A DNA stretch of 63,552 nt, counting the filler, from Choristocarpus tenellus KU-1152 (Eukaryota; Protista; Phaeophyceae), in the NCBI GenBank assembly GCA_964200185.2. It is 11 parts of 11 records of this genome, joined end to end, with 100 filler letters (N's around TTAATTAATTAA, not from the genome) between each part and the next. Parts side by side here need not be neighbours in the genome. Positions count along the whole stretch, not along the records: positions 52,498 to 57,460 come from CAXNAD020012356.1; positions 57,561 to 60,878 come from CAXNAD020020846.1; positions 60,979 to 63,552 come from CAXNAD020026637.1; 8 more parts are not named here. One strand, given 5' to 3'. Made by a program: the position numbers and the translations under genes. The notes beneath the pieces are model-generated. The model did not search any database. It worked only from the letters and a program-made list of their open reading frames with translations, and was not told the origin of the DNA. Shown here piece after piece: positions 52,956 to 63,552 of this stretch (positions within the stretch are counted from its first letter, which is position 1; each line of letters starts with the position of its first letter).

Positions 52956-55900
52956 CTAAACTTGTAGCTATCATCCAGGAGTCCTGGGTCAAAATATCTC
53001 CGCATGATCGATGCAATGGCTCTCTTGTCCCACACATCTGTAACCCGCCCTCCATAGGTGATATCGGCCACCATGACATTCAAAGTGTCCCATGGGACCT
53101 CATCTTGCTCCTCAACGTACATGCGCACCTTATGAGGCATGTTGTTGTAGCTTTCTGTTGTGGGTGCATACTCTGTATATCATTGCACGATGAACTAATC
53201 CACTGTTCAAGACAATATTGGCAAGTACTGAGCCAAATTAAACGAGAGGGGTAGCCAGGTTTTGGAAACGGCATTTCATTTTCAGACAGAGTTTTCTTCT
53301 TTTGCAGTTCACCCTTATTTCTATGGATGAAGTACTAAAATTGATTTGAGGGCATTGATTTCTCTATTGTTGAAGTTTTCTGAAAGAAGTCAGAAAAATT
53401 CCTAAACGTGTTTGTACAGAAATAGAAAATTCTTACATATTTGTCAACCTCCTTATAATGCAACCATGTGTACCTCTCGTATAGTTTGACTCTCTGGTAC
53501 TCCGGAGTACTTCCTACCAATTAGTGAATAGTGGCAACTACTTTGCATTCGTGCAAGCCCTGCAGTTTGTGGGAGCGATAAAGGAGTTTGGTTCATCTTT
53601 AAAATTTTTCATCAAGAACCAATTCTAGAGTCTCATGGGTAGGCTTCTTTTTCAGGAACTACCCAATCGAGCTAAGGTGCTCAAAATCTATATCTATAAT
53701 CTAGCCACTCTCCAAAATTCTTTAGAAGATCTCTCACTTAGTAAGATTAAACCTTAGAGCTAGAAAAGAGTATTTGAGACAGAAAACTGGATACTGGGGG
53801 TGCACTTGCACTCACTTGCATGATAGCAGCTTTGAGATCGGAATTCATCCACTCATACGGAATGTTCCACCCCACAGCACCAAATTTTCTCCTCTCCAAG
53901 ATAAGGGCATTGAAAAAGGGTAGGGCGAACATCAGCTTCTTGAAGGGGCGTGGTCTTGTACAGCCTTCATATTCCTCCTCCTGTGAGAAAAAAAGAGTGT
54001 TTGAATAATGGTAGGAGTAAGGAATTTGGTGAGATGAAGAGCGGAACTACTAAGTACGGGATTGGAGGGTGCAAGGAAGATAGGATTTGCACAGTTGAAT
54101 CCTTTTATACATGTAGTGCGGTAGCTCATGGAGGCCAATATCACAAATCGCAAGGTGCCTACTTAGTTGCTTGTTTGAATATCTCCTTCAATGTTTTGTA
54201 CTAGTTATTGGGGGGCTATGCGTGACAGGGACCTATTTGAGTCCCAGGGCGTACTTGGTGCCACGGTACCTAACGATTTTTTTGTAGGCTAGGACAGGGG
54301 CAGCTGTACGAGCACATTCCTGGCTTGATTTTCAATGCCAGAGCTATAGGCCAGGGCAAGGTTGATCATCTCTTCAGGTGCAAGATTGTATTATTTGAAA
54401 ATTGAGCATTAAGCTCTACAGTTAGTGTGACTAACTTGGTCCACTAAATCAGTTCGTTTATGTGATGGTACCACAAGCATATATTGTTTTGGAGTACACT
54501 TGTTGTGTGCGTTGTTTCCTACCTTCAGATCGTTGAAGACTCTCATCAGATTCGCTCTAAGACCTTTTGGTGGCTCATTTGTTATCTTGATGCCATTTTG
54601 GAGAATTGGTACCGGGAAGCGAGGACTCGGACTTGATGTTAGCCACAACCTGTGTTATATAGTTCAGGATGGTAGGGTGGTAGTTCTGCTATATAAGAGA
54701 GCAGATATGTGCTATTGAAACAGAATACCTGCTCTCTGTGCATCTCATGACACGTGGGAGCTAAGGGTTGCTGATTCAACTTCTGATATCAACTCAAGAC
54801 CATATTGTATACTGAGCAATACATATACTTTGACACAGACCTGAAGTCTGGGTGTGTTGGTAGATCTGGAGAGGCAATCGCTTTCTCCAGTATCTGCTCT
54901 AGCTTAGGCAGCCAAGATACGGCCAAGTGGCAGTTCTGTAGGCACACCCAATCACCATTCTCCCTTCATGTCAATGGGGTAGAACGAAGCGTAGAGATTA
55001 TGATGGTGTTAGAGATGTGGTTGTTCAAGACTTGCAACACTTCCATTTGTTAATCAAGAAAGGCGAAATTAAACTCACAAAAATATTGAAATGGCATGGA
55101 GTCTAATGTAGTCCATCTCATACACGTCCATGTTGTTTACATAGCCAGGCTGATGCCCAGCAATAAAAATAATTTTCCTGTAATGATTTCTGAGGTGCTT
55201 GATCAGGAGGTACCCCTCACATACCCCGCCTTGGTAATGCGTTGGTGCTTGTATATTATGTTCATCCCTGAACAATTCTCCAAATTATCTCTTCCAACAC
55301 TCGCCTTCCTGCCTGCATTAATCGCTCAGCTATGGGTCCCTGCCCTTGACCCAACGATATGATCTTGAGACCACCATTTGTCTGTGTCTTCCCATTTTGC
55401 CGCCCCAAGCTGATGAGATAGTCATTGACATCTGCTCCGGCACTGTACATGATTTTTTATTTGGATGGGTCCCCAAGGTGTTACTTGAAGTGAGTAAGGA
55501 GTGGAAGGAACTTGTTGAAAGGCACGTTGAGGGCTGGAGTCTTGGGGTAGGAATTAAAGTCATATTGAGAAGTCCAGAATAAAATAAGTAAAATGCTCAT
55601 GTACAGGGGTTGGTACTGCTCTGAGGAAAGATGTGGAAGACCAAGCAAAAGGACCTATTGTCAAGGGTGCAAGGATGATAGCAAAGAGAAATGTAGAAGC
55701 GCCAACTTGGGATATGTGGCCACAATGGCGAATAGCCCAGACACAAGATAAGAAAGCATGCCTAGCGAGTATACACAGAAAGAGATAATACGACTTCAAA
55801 ACTGAACATTCAAGTACGAACCTGAGGATAAAGATAAGTGGGGTGGAGCTGGTGGAGTCTCCGAATGCAGCTTCAAGGTCAAAAGGAGGAGACTCTGCGA

Positions 55901-57268
55901 AGGCTTCCCCTAGGCTTTGTTGCACAAACACTCTCATGGAAAATACAGTCTTTTCTTCACAAAGAGCCCTAATCAAGAGGAGCCTTTGAAAGTCTGAAAG
56001 CCTGTCGGACCAACTGTTGGGCGGGTCCTCTAGGTGTGGGGTATCAGAGTCGCAATAACAATCCTGAGGATATGGGAAACAGATTAGGGCAATTAGATTC
56101 AGAGTAATTCCTTCCTCATGAAAAATAGGCAACAATTTTTTTTCCAGAACTTTTTACAATTGGAATACTGAGGAAAGGAGCTTTTGTATTCTTCAAGGTT
56201 ATCCACAGGTGTTAGCAGTAGGACAATATATGCAGTGTTGGTGTATACTAGGCTGCGCATGTAACCTATGACTGCCTCTGGATAGGCTTGCCATCTTTGC
56301 AGCAGTGTGTGCTACAAGGAACGTGGGAGGAAAACGACGCTTTGAAGTATTTCCTTGTCACCTTTCAGACACAATCTACAATAAAGATCTGCATTACTCT
56401 ACTTATTTTGGACTGCAAGTCAGTGTTGAAACATTCGAGGTCTACTTCCCTGCGCCTTGACCACTCTGGAATAGGCTATATCCACCTATACCTTCCAATC
56501 GGTCGGGGACTTCTCCAAGGCATCCGCCAGGCCCTCAAATGCCTTCCCTAGTGTAGTCTCGTAGGCTAGTACTTGCTCCCACGCTTTCAAGGAAAGCCAT
56601 TCTAGTCCAGCAGGCTTTGTGCGGCAGGTTCCCCCCCCCCAGCTCTATCTGTATCCCCTTTATCAGCCGCTGAGGTCTCTGTCACAACTGCCCCTACCAT
56701 TAATGTTCGCCACTCTAGATCCGTGATCTGAAGTTTCATTTACGATTCGCAGTAGTTGGCATGGGAATTGAAGGGGAGTGAGCAGCTAGAGGACATGGTC
56801 CATGGTATGGAAGTGCAAAGTAGTGCAAGTGACAATTTTCTGCAAGAGGTGCAAAACGCTCTTGGATGTTTCATCTTGTGATTGCTGACAATGTGCAAAT
56901 TTATCATTGTTGATCTTATTCTTTTCTGATATGAAACATTTGTGTGCCTATTTGCTGATCCTGAGTGGTGTATCTGTATTGTTCTCCTTTGACAACCTTT
57001 TGACCCAGGGCCTGGGACCCCCCAGACTAATGCAATCCCCCCAAAATTATTCATTGCAATGCTTTTGAGCGTTTTCACCCCATGTCAAACGAAAATGAAA
57101 ATTGGTAAATCATATGCTGGGAACGGAAAAGTGAAGGGAGACCTTGCCTTTCCATCATGCCGGAGGACCCCTGCAGCTATCATGAAGGCGTACAGCATTT
57201 TGTCCTTCTCAAAGAGTCCACGGCATATGTTGGTAAACATGTTGAGGGTGACATCATCAATGAGGATC
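52956..57268 (-). CDS. Axonemal dynein heavy chain, AAA5-extension/AAA6/lid region; partial
   Basis: Exons 57148-57268, 56492-56727, 55822-56063, 55305-55442, 54841-54963, 54523-54649, 53816-53980, 52956-53128. Motifs [94 protein letters not shown]. Two GC-AG introns and one homopolymer frameshift. Confidence 0.95.
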
Positions 57269-57327
57269 CTGTGATGCGAGGGATTGGCTCATTATTTTTT
57301 GTGTGCTTGCGCCATTCCAATACAGGA

Positions 57328-57460
57328 GGCTCAAAGTATCTGGGGGGGGGTGGCAGCTATCCATTTGGGTCAATTTTTTCATATCGCGATTTTTGGGTGA
57401 TTTGGTTGCATACGTCAGATGGGTAATGTAAATGCACTTCTCCTGATTTTGGTCCAAATG
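57328..57460 (+). mobile_element. MITE family B, truncated by gap
   Basis: GGCTCAAAGTATCTGGGGGGGGG...CGCGATTTTTGGGTGATTTGGTT. Confidence 0.88.
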
Positions 57461-57896
57461 NNNNNNNNNNNNNNNNNNNNNNNNNNNNNNNNNNNNNNNN
57501 NNNNTTAATTAATTAANNNNNNNNNNNNNNNNNNNNNNNNNNNNNNNNNNNNNNNNNNNNTCTGGGAACCCTCTTCTTCTCAATCACTTACCGCAATCTT
57601 TTTGTTCTGAATATTGGCAATTGAGGACCATAGACACAGAATAATGAGGGGTCTATGTGGCCACGATGTTCTTGCTCAACCCTCATTTTTCGAAGCCAGT
57701 GCATATAGACCCTCTTCAACAGGAAAAACAGTTACATATTCCAACAGTTACACAAACATGTATGTGCGTATACAGAAGTTGTGTATACAGCTGTTCAATT
57801 CAACAGCCTAAATGCCACAGCACAAAAAACTTGTAAAACAAAGTCCTCACATACATTGAAACATACACATTATCTACTATAGTTATCAGGACTGAC

Positions 57897-58532
57897 CTCA
57901 CTGATACAGCTGACATAGGATCGTGGAATGGACCCGTTGCTTGAAATTCCCAGGTCGAAAACATTGTTGTTCACCTCATCCCAGCTGGTGATCTGCACAT
58001 AATACACGCATATATATATGCGTGTATTTATATTGTGTAAATGTGTATATGTGTGTATTTATATGTGTGTAAATGTGTATATATGTGCATTTATATGTGT
58101 GCAAATGTGTATATATGTGTATTTATATGTGTGTAAATGTGTATATATGTGTATTTATATGTGTGTAAATATGTATATATGTGTATTTATATGTGTGTAA
58201 ATGTGTATATGTGTATTTATATGTGTGTAAATATGTATATATGTGTATATATGTACATACACATCGAAGAGAACGTCACAAGCATGACATACACACATTA
58301 CACACAACATCCAAGTGTACAGATGAAATAATAAAAAAATATATATATACAGAAAAAAAAGAAAAATTTAGTGCGAGGTGTTGGACTGAAGGAGAGGTTA
58401 AACATTGCACAGCCCACCTATATATTTATATATATATATATCACTCTCTTTAATACTACAATTGTACTTCAATATAAAAATAAATAAAAAACGATGACAA
58501 AAAGGACCTATTTTTGCAGCAGATTTACTAGT

Positions 58533-58578
<46 letters not shown>

Positions 58579-58685
58579 ACCGCTTGTGCTACAGGACTTT
58601 TTCAGACAAAACGAGGACACTCTCTACACACAGTGATTGTATTTTAAAAGCTGTACCATCAATATCACCGCTGGCTTGATCACCA

Positions 58686-58724
<39 letters not shown>

Positions 58725-59129
58725 TCAACGCCTTCATTAATAGTACCAACAACAATGACTTGAAAAAAGACGGTACAGATTTGATTAACTGAAGCACTAG
58801 GCACTCTAACACAAACAAATATATATATATATATACATACATGTATATCAACAAGAGAAAGAGATAAATCGCCGTAATAATGACAACACCCATCACACAG
58901 CAAGAACCTCATTTTGAGAGCATCAGTCGCCAGGACTACTGTTCAGTAGTAGGCAAGTACTGAACCACAGAGCCAGACAACACCCTCTGCAGATACTGCT
59001 TGCTGCAATTGCTTCTGTGTTGATGACATTGACTCATCCCCCTCTCACCGTGGTGTCAGCAATGTCTAGGTTGCCTCCCCAGCCTCTAAGTCTGTAGAAC
59101 TCCTCACCAGGGATGCTACGAATCCTTAG
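57897..59129 (-). CDS. Mannuronan C5-epimerase-like (AlgG-type) gene fragment, exons 59049-59129 and 57897-57992
   Basis: Spliced in phase 0 (GT-AG): LRIRSIPGEEFYRLRGWGGNLDIADTT|ITSWDEVNNNVFDLGISSNGSIPRSYVSCISE, matching from memory the LRxxS...LRGxGG...TxITSWD...RSxxxCxxE pattern of brown algal ManC5-epimerases. Confidence 0.75.
58012..58260. repeat. AT/GT-rich minisatellite (ATATGTGT...TGTAAAT) in an intron
   Basis: Direct inspection; (AAT)n at ~58535-58577 and (CT)n at ~58688-58720 lie nearby. Confidence 0.9.
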
Positions 59130-60426
59130 CTGCAAGCAGGCAGGCAGGCAGGCATGAACACAATTAGCATTTTGTTTGATTGGAGAGTGCACAACCACAG
59201 TCTAAAAAAAAAGAAAAAGAAGTAAACTGAGAACAACAACGCCTCCCATTGGAACAACAAAAACTTCTAGTACGATGCAGTAAGAGGCTAAATTCAATAG
59301 TAACCCACTTCTAGGTCTGCCAGCACACTCGGGAAGAGGGGAGAGAAACGGCTGGCGCCATGCAGAGGCAGAGACAACTGCAACATGATGGCGCCATGGT
59401 CTATTACAAAGGCAGCGAACATTTTTATTTGCAGGGGAAGAGTCGCAAGGTCACGAAGAGTTGAGCTAAGACACACCCAATGTTCTTCCAACACTGAGCA
59501 CAAGCGACTACAGCACTAAAAAAAACAAAAAAAGTGACAGTTGATACGAACAATCCCTGTTACAAGAATTCGAACACGGATCTTTTCACCGGAGGAGGAC
59601 TCACTCACCCCGTAATCTAACCCTAACCCTAACCCTAACCCTGAACTCAGAAGAACGAGAAGCATTACAAAGGATAAAAAAAATATGGCAACCACCACTA
59701 CAACGTAAAAAAACAAACAAACAATTGCGCTGTGTGGGGATGCCCTGCTTCCACAGACAACCAGTCAAGTCCCTATGTAGACCATTCCGTGGCAACTCTG
59801 TACCCATAGAAAATATAAAATAGGGTTAGGGTTTAGTTGGGAATACGATACGAGTGCTGTGAAGAGAGAGACCGATGATGGCATTCCAGGTCAAGCTTAC
59901 ACCATCAGCAACACAAGCGCTGTCAACAGCAAATCATTTACAAGGAGTAGTAATTGTAGTGGTGGTGGAGGTAGTAGTAGTAGTAGTAGTGGTAGTAGAA
60001 GTAGTAGCAGTAGCAGTAGCAGTAGTACTTTAACATTAACAGTAACGTTTAGAATGAAAATCTGTGGCACACCACATTTAGGAATCTTAGATTCATCGCT
60101 CCACCATTCTCTGTAAATTGACCTCCTCCCTGCCTGGCATAATGTGCCCTTTGATCATCAGTTAGATGGGCAATTAGGTCCAGGGCCCGTGTCAGGGATA
60201 AATCGAGTTCTCAATTTCAAACGTACAAAAAATAGGGACTACGGCAATACAAGCAAAAACTCAAAAAAGACAAGCCACGCAGTACTACTACTGTACTTAT
60301 TCAGTTCCGTCCCACTATGACAAACAACATTCAACAAGAAATAAAAAAAAGAAGAGAGAGAGAGTAGGAGCTGAGATCAAAATATTTTACGTAGTTTCAG
60401 GGCAAAACCGACGAAACAAGGACGAT

Positions 60427-60533
60427 GCTTCATCGCCTTCCAAGCAATAAAATACACCTTCGCTTCATCGCCTTCCAAGCAATATAACACATCTTCGCTT
60501 CATCGCCTTCCTAACAATGAAACACCTCTCGCT
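60427..60533. repeat. Tandem ~35-bp repeat, 3 copies
   Basis: GCTTCATCGCCTTCCAAGCAAT...ACACCTTC repeated head to tail. Confidence 0.85.
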
Positions 60534-61130
60534 ACCTACACAATCCACGGGAAAAAAAGTAAAAGAGATGGGTTTTTTGTAGACGACCAGCCGCCGAATT
60601 CGACGACAAATCAGATATCGCGATCTATTTAATTACTCTAGGTTGGCAGATCAAAATGTGACGGTACAAGGTATACCTCTATCGGTATAAACATAGTCCG
60701 CTGTACCGTCATCGAGGTGTCCTCCGCAGCAATGCCTTAAGGTGAACTCCTCTCCTCATACTATCAAATGGTGCTTTCCCCGCCCCCCCCCCCCCCCCCC
60801 CCAAACACACCCACAACCACACAAAACCCCAGAAAAAATGCCCCCCGCCGCTAACCGAAACCACCCGCACCAAATACCNNNNNNNNNNNNNNNNNNNNNN
60901 NNNNNNNNNNNNNNNNNNNNNNTTAATTAATTAANNNNNNNNNNNNNNNNNNNNNNNNNNNNNNNNNNNNNNNNNNNNCCAATCCCCCACCCCGCCCCCG
61001 CCCCTCCCCATCTTTAGCCATCTGCACACCTCATACCTGAGTCTTAATATTTCATATGTGTATCCTACAACGGCATGTTTAAATACTTTAAATGTTACAA
61101 TGGACATACATATACTGGCGGTCTCTCACC

Positions 61131-61286
61131 AGTATATAGTATATAGTGTATAGTATATAGTGTATAGTATATAGTGCATAGTTTATAGTGAAGTGTATAG
61201 TATATAGTGTGTAGTGTATAGTGTATAGTGTATAGTATATAGTGTGTAGTGCATAGTATATAGTATATAGTATATAGTGTATAGTG
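61131..61286. repeat. (TATAGTG/TATAGTA)n 7-bp satellite
   Basis: Direct inspection. Confidence 0.92.
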
Positions 61287-61482
61287 GGGAGGAGGGGGAA
61301 AGGGCATCATCGCATGATAAAGATATAAAATAAAAAGTATCTCAGGAGATATGAAAGTTGTGGACACACTGCCCCTACCTCAGATTGCACCCACCCCACT
61401 GAGTCAGCCCCACAACAATAAAATAAAAAATAAAAACAAAAAACAAGCTAAGGGGGATGAGAACAACAGTCCTGTAACATAC

Positions 61483-63410
61483 CCCACTGTCCACATGTCC
61501 GTAGCTTTGTTATGCAGGCCCTTCAACTCCACCAACAACTCAGGTGCCATGCCCCACAAAACGGTCTTGCTCGGTTCACCCTCCTTAGCAAGGGCAGCCA
61601 CAGCCTGCAGTACAATGAACAACAGAGGAGTGGGGGGGGCGTGAGATTGAGGAAATACCAACAGAGGGCATCCTACCAAGAGAAAAAAAAATAGTGTCTT
61701 CCCATCACATGCACACACATAACATACACACAACATACACAACGTACCATGGATGAAAGAAACCACTTGTACCAAGGGAAAAAATAAAAATTAGTATTGT
61801 GATGAAAGAAATATGATGTAAGAAATATGATGAAAGAAATGTAATGTAAGAAATATAATGTAAGAAATGTAATGTAAGAAATATAATGTAAGAAATGTAA
61901 TGTAAGAAATATAATGTAAGAAATGTAATGTAAGAAACGTAATATAAGAAACAAAAAAAGTAGGCATTGAGGCACTAAGCATGCATTGATTGTTCTGTCA
62001 GTACTAAGAGTGGAGTTTTGTATGTCTAGCAACACATTAATTGAAGGTGCAGTAAGGGGTGTGTTTCTTGATTTTTCTTCATGTTTCTTAATGCCATTGC
62101 AACAAACACAAACCAGCCTCGCTTTAATACACACACACACACAACCCAAATCCAACCCTAACCTCAGAGAAATGAAATAAAATACAAAAATTAATTTACA
62201 AATCAACAACATAGAAAAAAACGCGTAACATGTCACCACACATGAAAATAATAATAATAAAATAACAATAATAAAATAATAAAAAAATAGCGTCCACTAC
62301 AAAATAATAAAAATATCACAAACCACACAAAACACATTAAAAAAAGCGTAACACAAAGATAAACAGTATCAATCTATCATTATTATTATTGTCATTATTA
62401 GTGTGCAAACCTTGTCAGCAGCCCTTTGACGCTTTTCCTTCTCCTTCATTCTCTTCCTCTCAGATACCTTACTCTCCTTCTGACCCCCAGGCTCATCTCC
62501 CTGACAGAGTCACAACCCACAAAAAACACAATTTCATGACAAAAATAGTTAATAATAGTTACTTTGGAAGATGCAAGTGACGATGCTTCTTTCACGTAAG
62601 AGTGTTTGTTGTTGTGTTGTGTAGTGTACAAAATAAGGTACTAATTGATTCATTGTTCTATACCTCATTTTGGTGTAAAAAAGTAACAATAGTACCTCTT
62701 ATTGTATGATAGATTCTGTAGCAAATATGTACCAAAAAAAAAGAAACCCTCTTCCATCCTTAGATTGTTTCTTACAGAATCTACTCTTCTTCCTCAGGAA
62801 CAAAAAGCATACTCTTGGCACACTTTCCTGCTTAGAACTTACAGCAAAAAAAATAAATTAAATAAAAAACAAAATTACATTGCTCAAATAAACTTACACA
62901 AAATCACATAAAACAATAGTAATAAGAACATTAGTAATAATAATAACAATAATAATAATAATAATACCACACACACTTTCTGCAGCGCATAAAGCAAAAC
63001 ACAGCTACACTATACTAGTCTACACAATGCCAAAAACATAGCACACCACAATACAGTAGGGTTATTTCAAAGGGCAACTACTTATCCTTAGCCATACTTG
63101 CCAGTCACAAATTGTCAATCCACACCTTTCCACAACAAGTGACTTGGTCAATCCACAACAAGTGACTAGTCATCACTCATGTACAACAATACAGTCACAC
63201 ACAAGTCAAGCCAATTGCCCATCTCATTATCAATCACTTTTCCACCTCAATGTCATCATCAATGTCATCACCAACCATCTTCTCGCCTTCCCTCCTGGTT
63301 TCCATGCTCACCTTCTCCTCACCCTCATTGCATTGGCTGCTGTGGGGCGACATCATGACTGCCTGGGAGAGCCCTCCCACCTTGAGGCATCCATTACTAT
63401 TCAGATACAC
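61483..63410 (-). CDS. Protein kinase-fold protein, probable pseudokinase (exons 63312-63410, possibly 62468-62500, 61483-61604)
   Basis: VYLNSNGCLKVGGLSQA (subdomain VIb-VII position) and LWGMAPELLVELKGLHNKATDMWTVG (APE and DxWxxG of subdomains VIII-IX); GT-AG, phase-0 joins. Confidence 0.75.
61800..61950. repeat. 14-bp tandem repeat (AAGAAATRTAATGT)n
   Basis: About 10 copies, by direct inspection. Confidence 0.92.
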
Positions 63411-63552
63411 CTAAAATAGTAAAAATTAAAAATTAAAAACAGCAAAAAGTAGAATTGTACACACACCTTTCATCCTACTCTCCAAACTTGTTCTCTTCCC
63501 CCCCCCCCCTCCACTCCCCCCAACATCCCAATCTAAAACCATCAAAAACAAA

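Noticed and set aside
24367-57268. Alternative genetic code or stop-codon reassignment
   Set aside because: All 34 dynein exons translate without in-frame stops under the standard code once introns (and one homopolymer shift) are accounted for.
60427-60533. CRISPR-like array
   Set aside because: The sequences between the conserved cores are themselves homologous, so this is a plain tandem repeat; the context is eukaryotic and no cas genes are present.

Overview
Eukaryotic, intron-rich genomic DNA made of 11 short contigs joined by artificial 100-bp spacers (N-run + TTAATTAATTAA + N-run), so adjacency across spacers carries no biological meaning. A mannuronan C5-epimerase-like fragment, axonemal dynein, TTAGGG tracts and many short exons suggest a brown alga or close relative (inference). 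Host genes, all partial and spliced by hand: 26 consecutive exons of an axonemal dynein heavy chain tail/linker; 7 exons of a dynein heavy chain AAA6 region with two GC-AG introns and a frameshift in a G10 run; an EttA/ChvD-type ABC-F; a mannuronan C5-epimerase-like gene; a probable pseudokinase; a possible last exon of indole-3-glycerol-phosphate synthase; and one hypothetical gene. The rest is mobile DNA: DD39D-type mariner remnants with Stowaway-like ends, copia remnants, three related PIF/Harbinger-like MITE subfamilies, and a 1.94-kb TIR-bounded element carrying intronless orphan ORFs. The most unusual observation is a solo LTR whose 5-bp target duplication and 3' end together form an in-frame GT-AG intron inside a transposase. 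No rRNA, tRNA or CRISPR array could be supported.
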